From assembly GCA_027294455.1 (NCBI GenBank), contig JAPULZ010000056.1, positions 27,854-91,853 on the forward strand: 64,000 nt of DNA, written 5' to 3'. Positions 63,907 to 64,000 of the stretch are shown here, piece by piece (position 1 is the first letter of the stretch; every line of letters starts with the position of its first letter). The DNA comes from Gemmatimonadota bacterium. GTDB lineage: Bacteria; Gemmatimonadota; Gemmatimonadetes; Gemmatimonadales; GWC2-71-9. Under the pieces are notes generated by a model. The model had not been told where the DNA came from, ran no database searches, and worked only from the letters and a program-made list of their open reading frames with translations. A program made the position numbers and the translations under genes.

Positions 63907-64000
63907 CCACGTTCTCCACTGGTGAGGGCACCGTTAAGCTAAGAACAAGCGACGCCCTGGGGCAATACGATCATCTCGCCCCGCGGACCCCATCCATCTA

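Noticed and set aside
1-64000. I searched for mobile elements, prophage genes, toxin-antitoxin pairs, restriction-modification systems or other defence systems.
   Set aside because: I recognised no transposase, integrase, recombinase, phage structural, Cas, restriction or methylase-pair signatures. The only hints of past rearrangement are the methyltransferase fragment at tRNA-Asn and the inverted repeat at 47603-47732.

Overview
This is a high-GC (roughly 65-70% by eye) bacterial chromosomal segment. It is densely coding, and many genes are translationally coupled through ATGA/GTGA start-stop overlaps. I see no transposase, integrase, CRISPR array or rRNA. Most of the content is housekeeping:
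- pckA, uvrA, holB-moaC, and the rpsP-rimM-trmD-rplS-rnhB block next to ffh
- thiD, dnaK, an HtrA-type protease, and a caa3-type cytochrome oxidase operon (ctaC-D-E-F)
- two tRNAs (Asn-GTT and Lys-TTT)
- two ECF sigma/anti-sigma modules and an FHA/PP2C pair

Two loci stand out.

1. **A RiPP-like cassette on the minus strand (24114-27776).** It encodes an HPr-kinase-like P-loop protein, an NTP_transf_5-type nucleotidyltransferase, a PqqD/RRE protein, and a PRMT-like methyltransferase with a second RRE-like tail. A 65-aa Tat-signal Met/Gly-rich peptide ending in GRG follows, and then a flavoprotein-polyferredoxin membrane fusion. No lasso cyclase, radical SAM or YcaO enzyme is present. It therefore fits no known RiPP class that I can name.

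2. **A nine-gene coupled operon on the minus strand (47735-54895).** The order is rhomboid, EutN/CcmL x2, deoC, a small ORF, add, nupC, punA, ggt. Two microcompartment vertex (BMC-P) paralogs sit inside a deoxynucleoside catabolic pathway that yields acetaldehyde. No BMC-H/T shell gene or aldehyde dehydrogenase occurs anywhere in the 64 kb.

Smaller oddities:
- a lysine-repeat histone-like SWIB protein divergent from tRNA-Lys
- an AT-rich intergenic patch with five TCTAGA palindromes and a 24-bp long-range inverted repeat
- a methyltransferase gene fragment abutting tRNA-Asn
- a decayed DUF2064-like ORF

All family assignments come from motif recognition by eye; no searches were run. Many long ORFs in the supplied track are antisense or off-frame shadows typical of high-GC DNA, and I did not call them.
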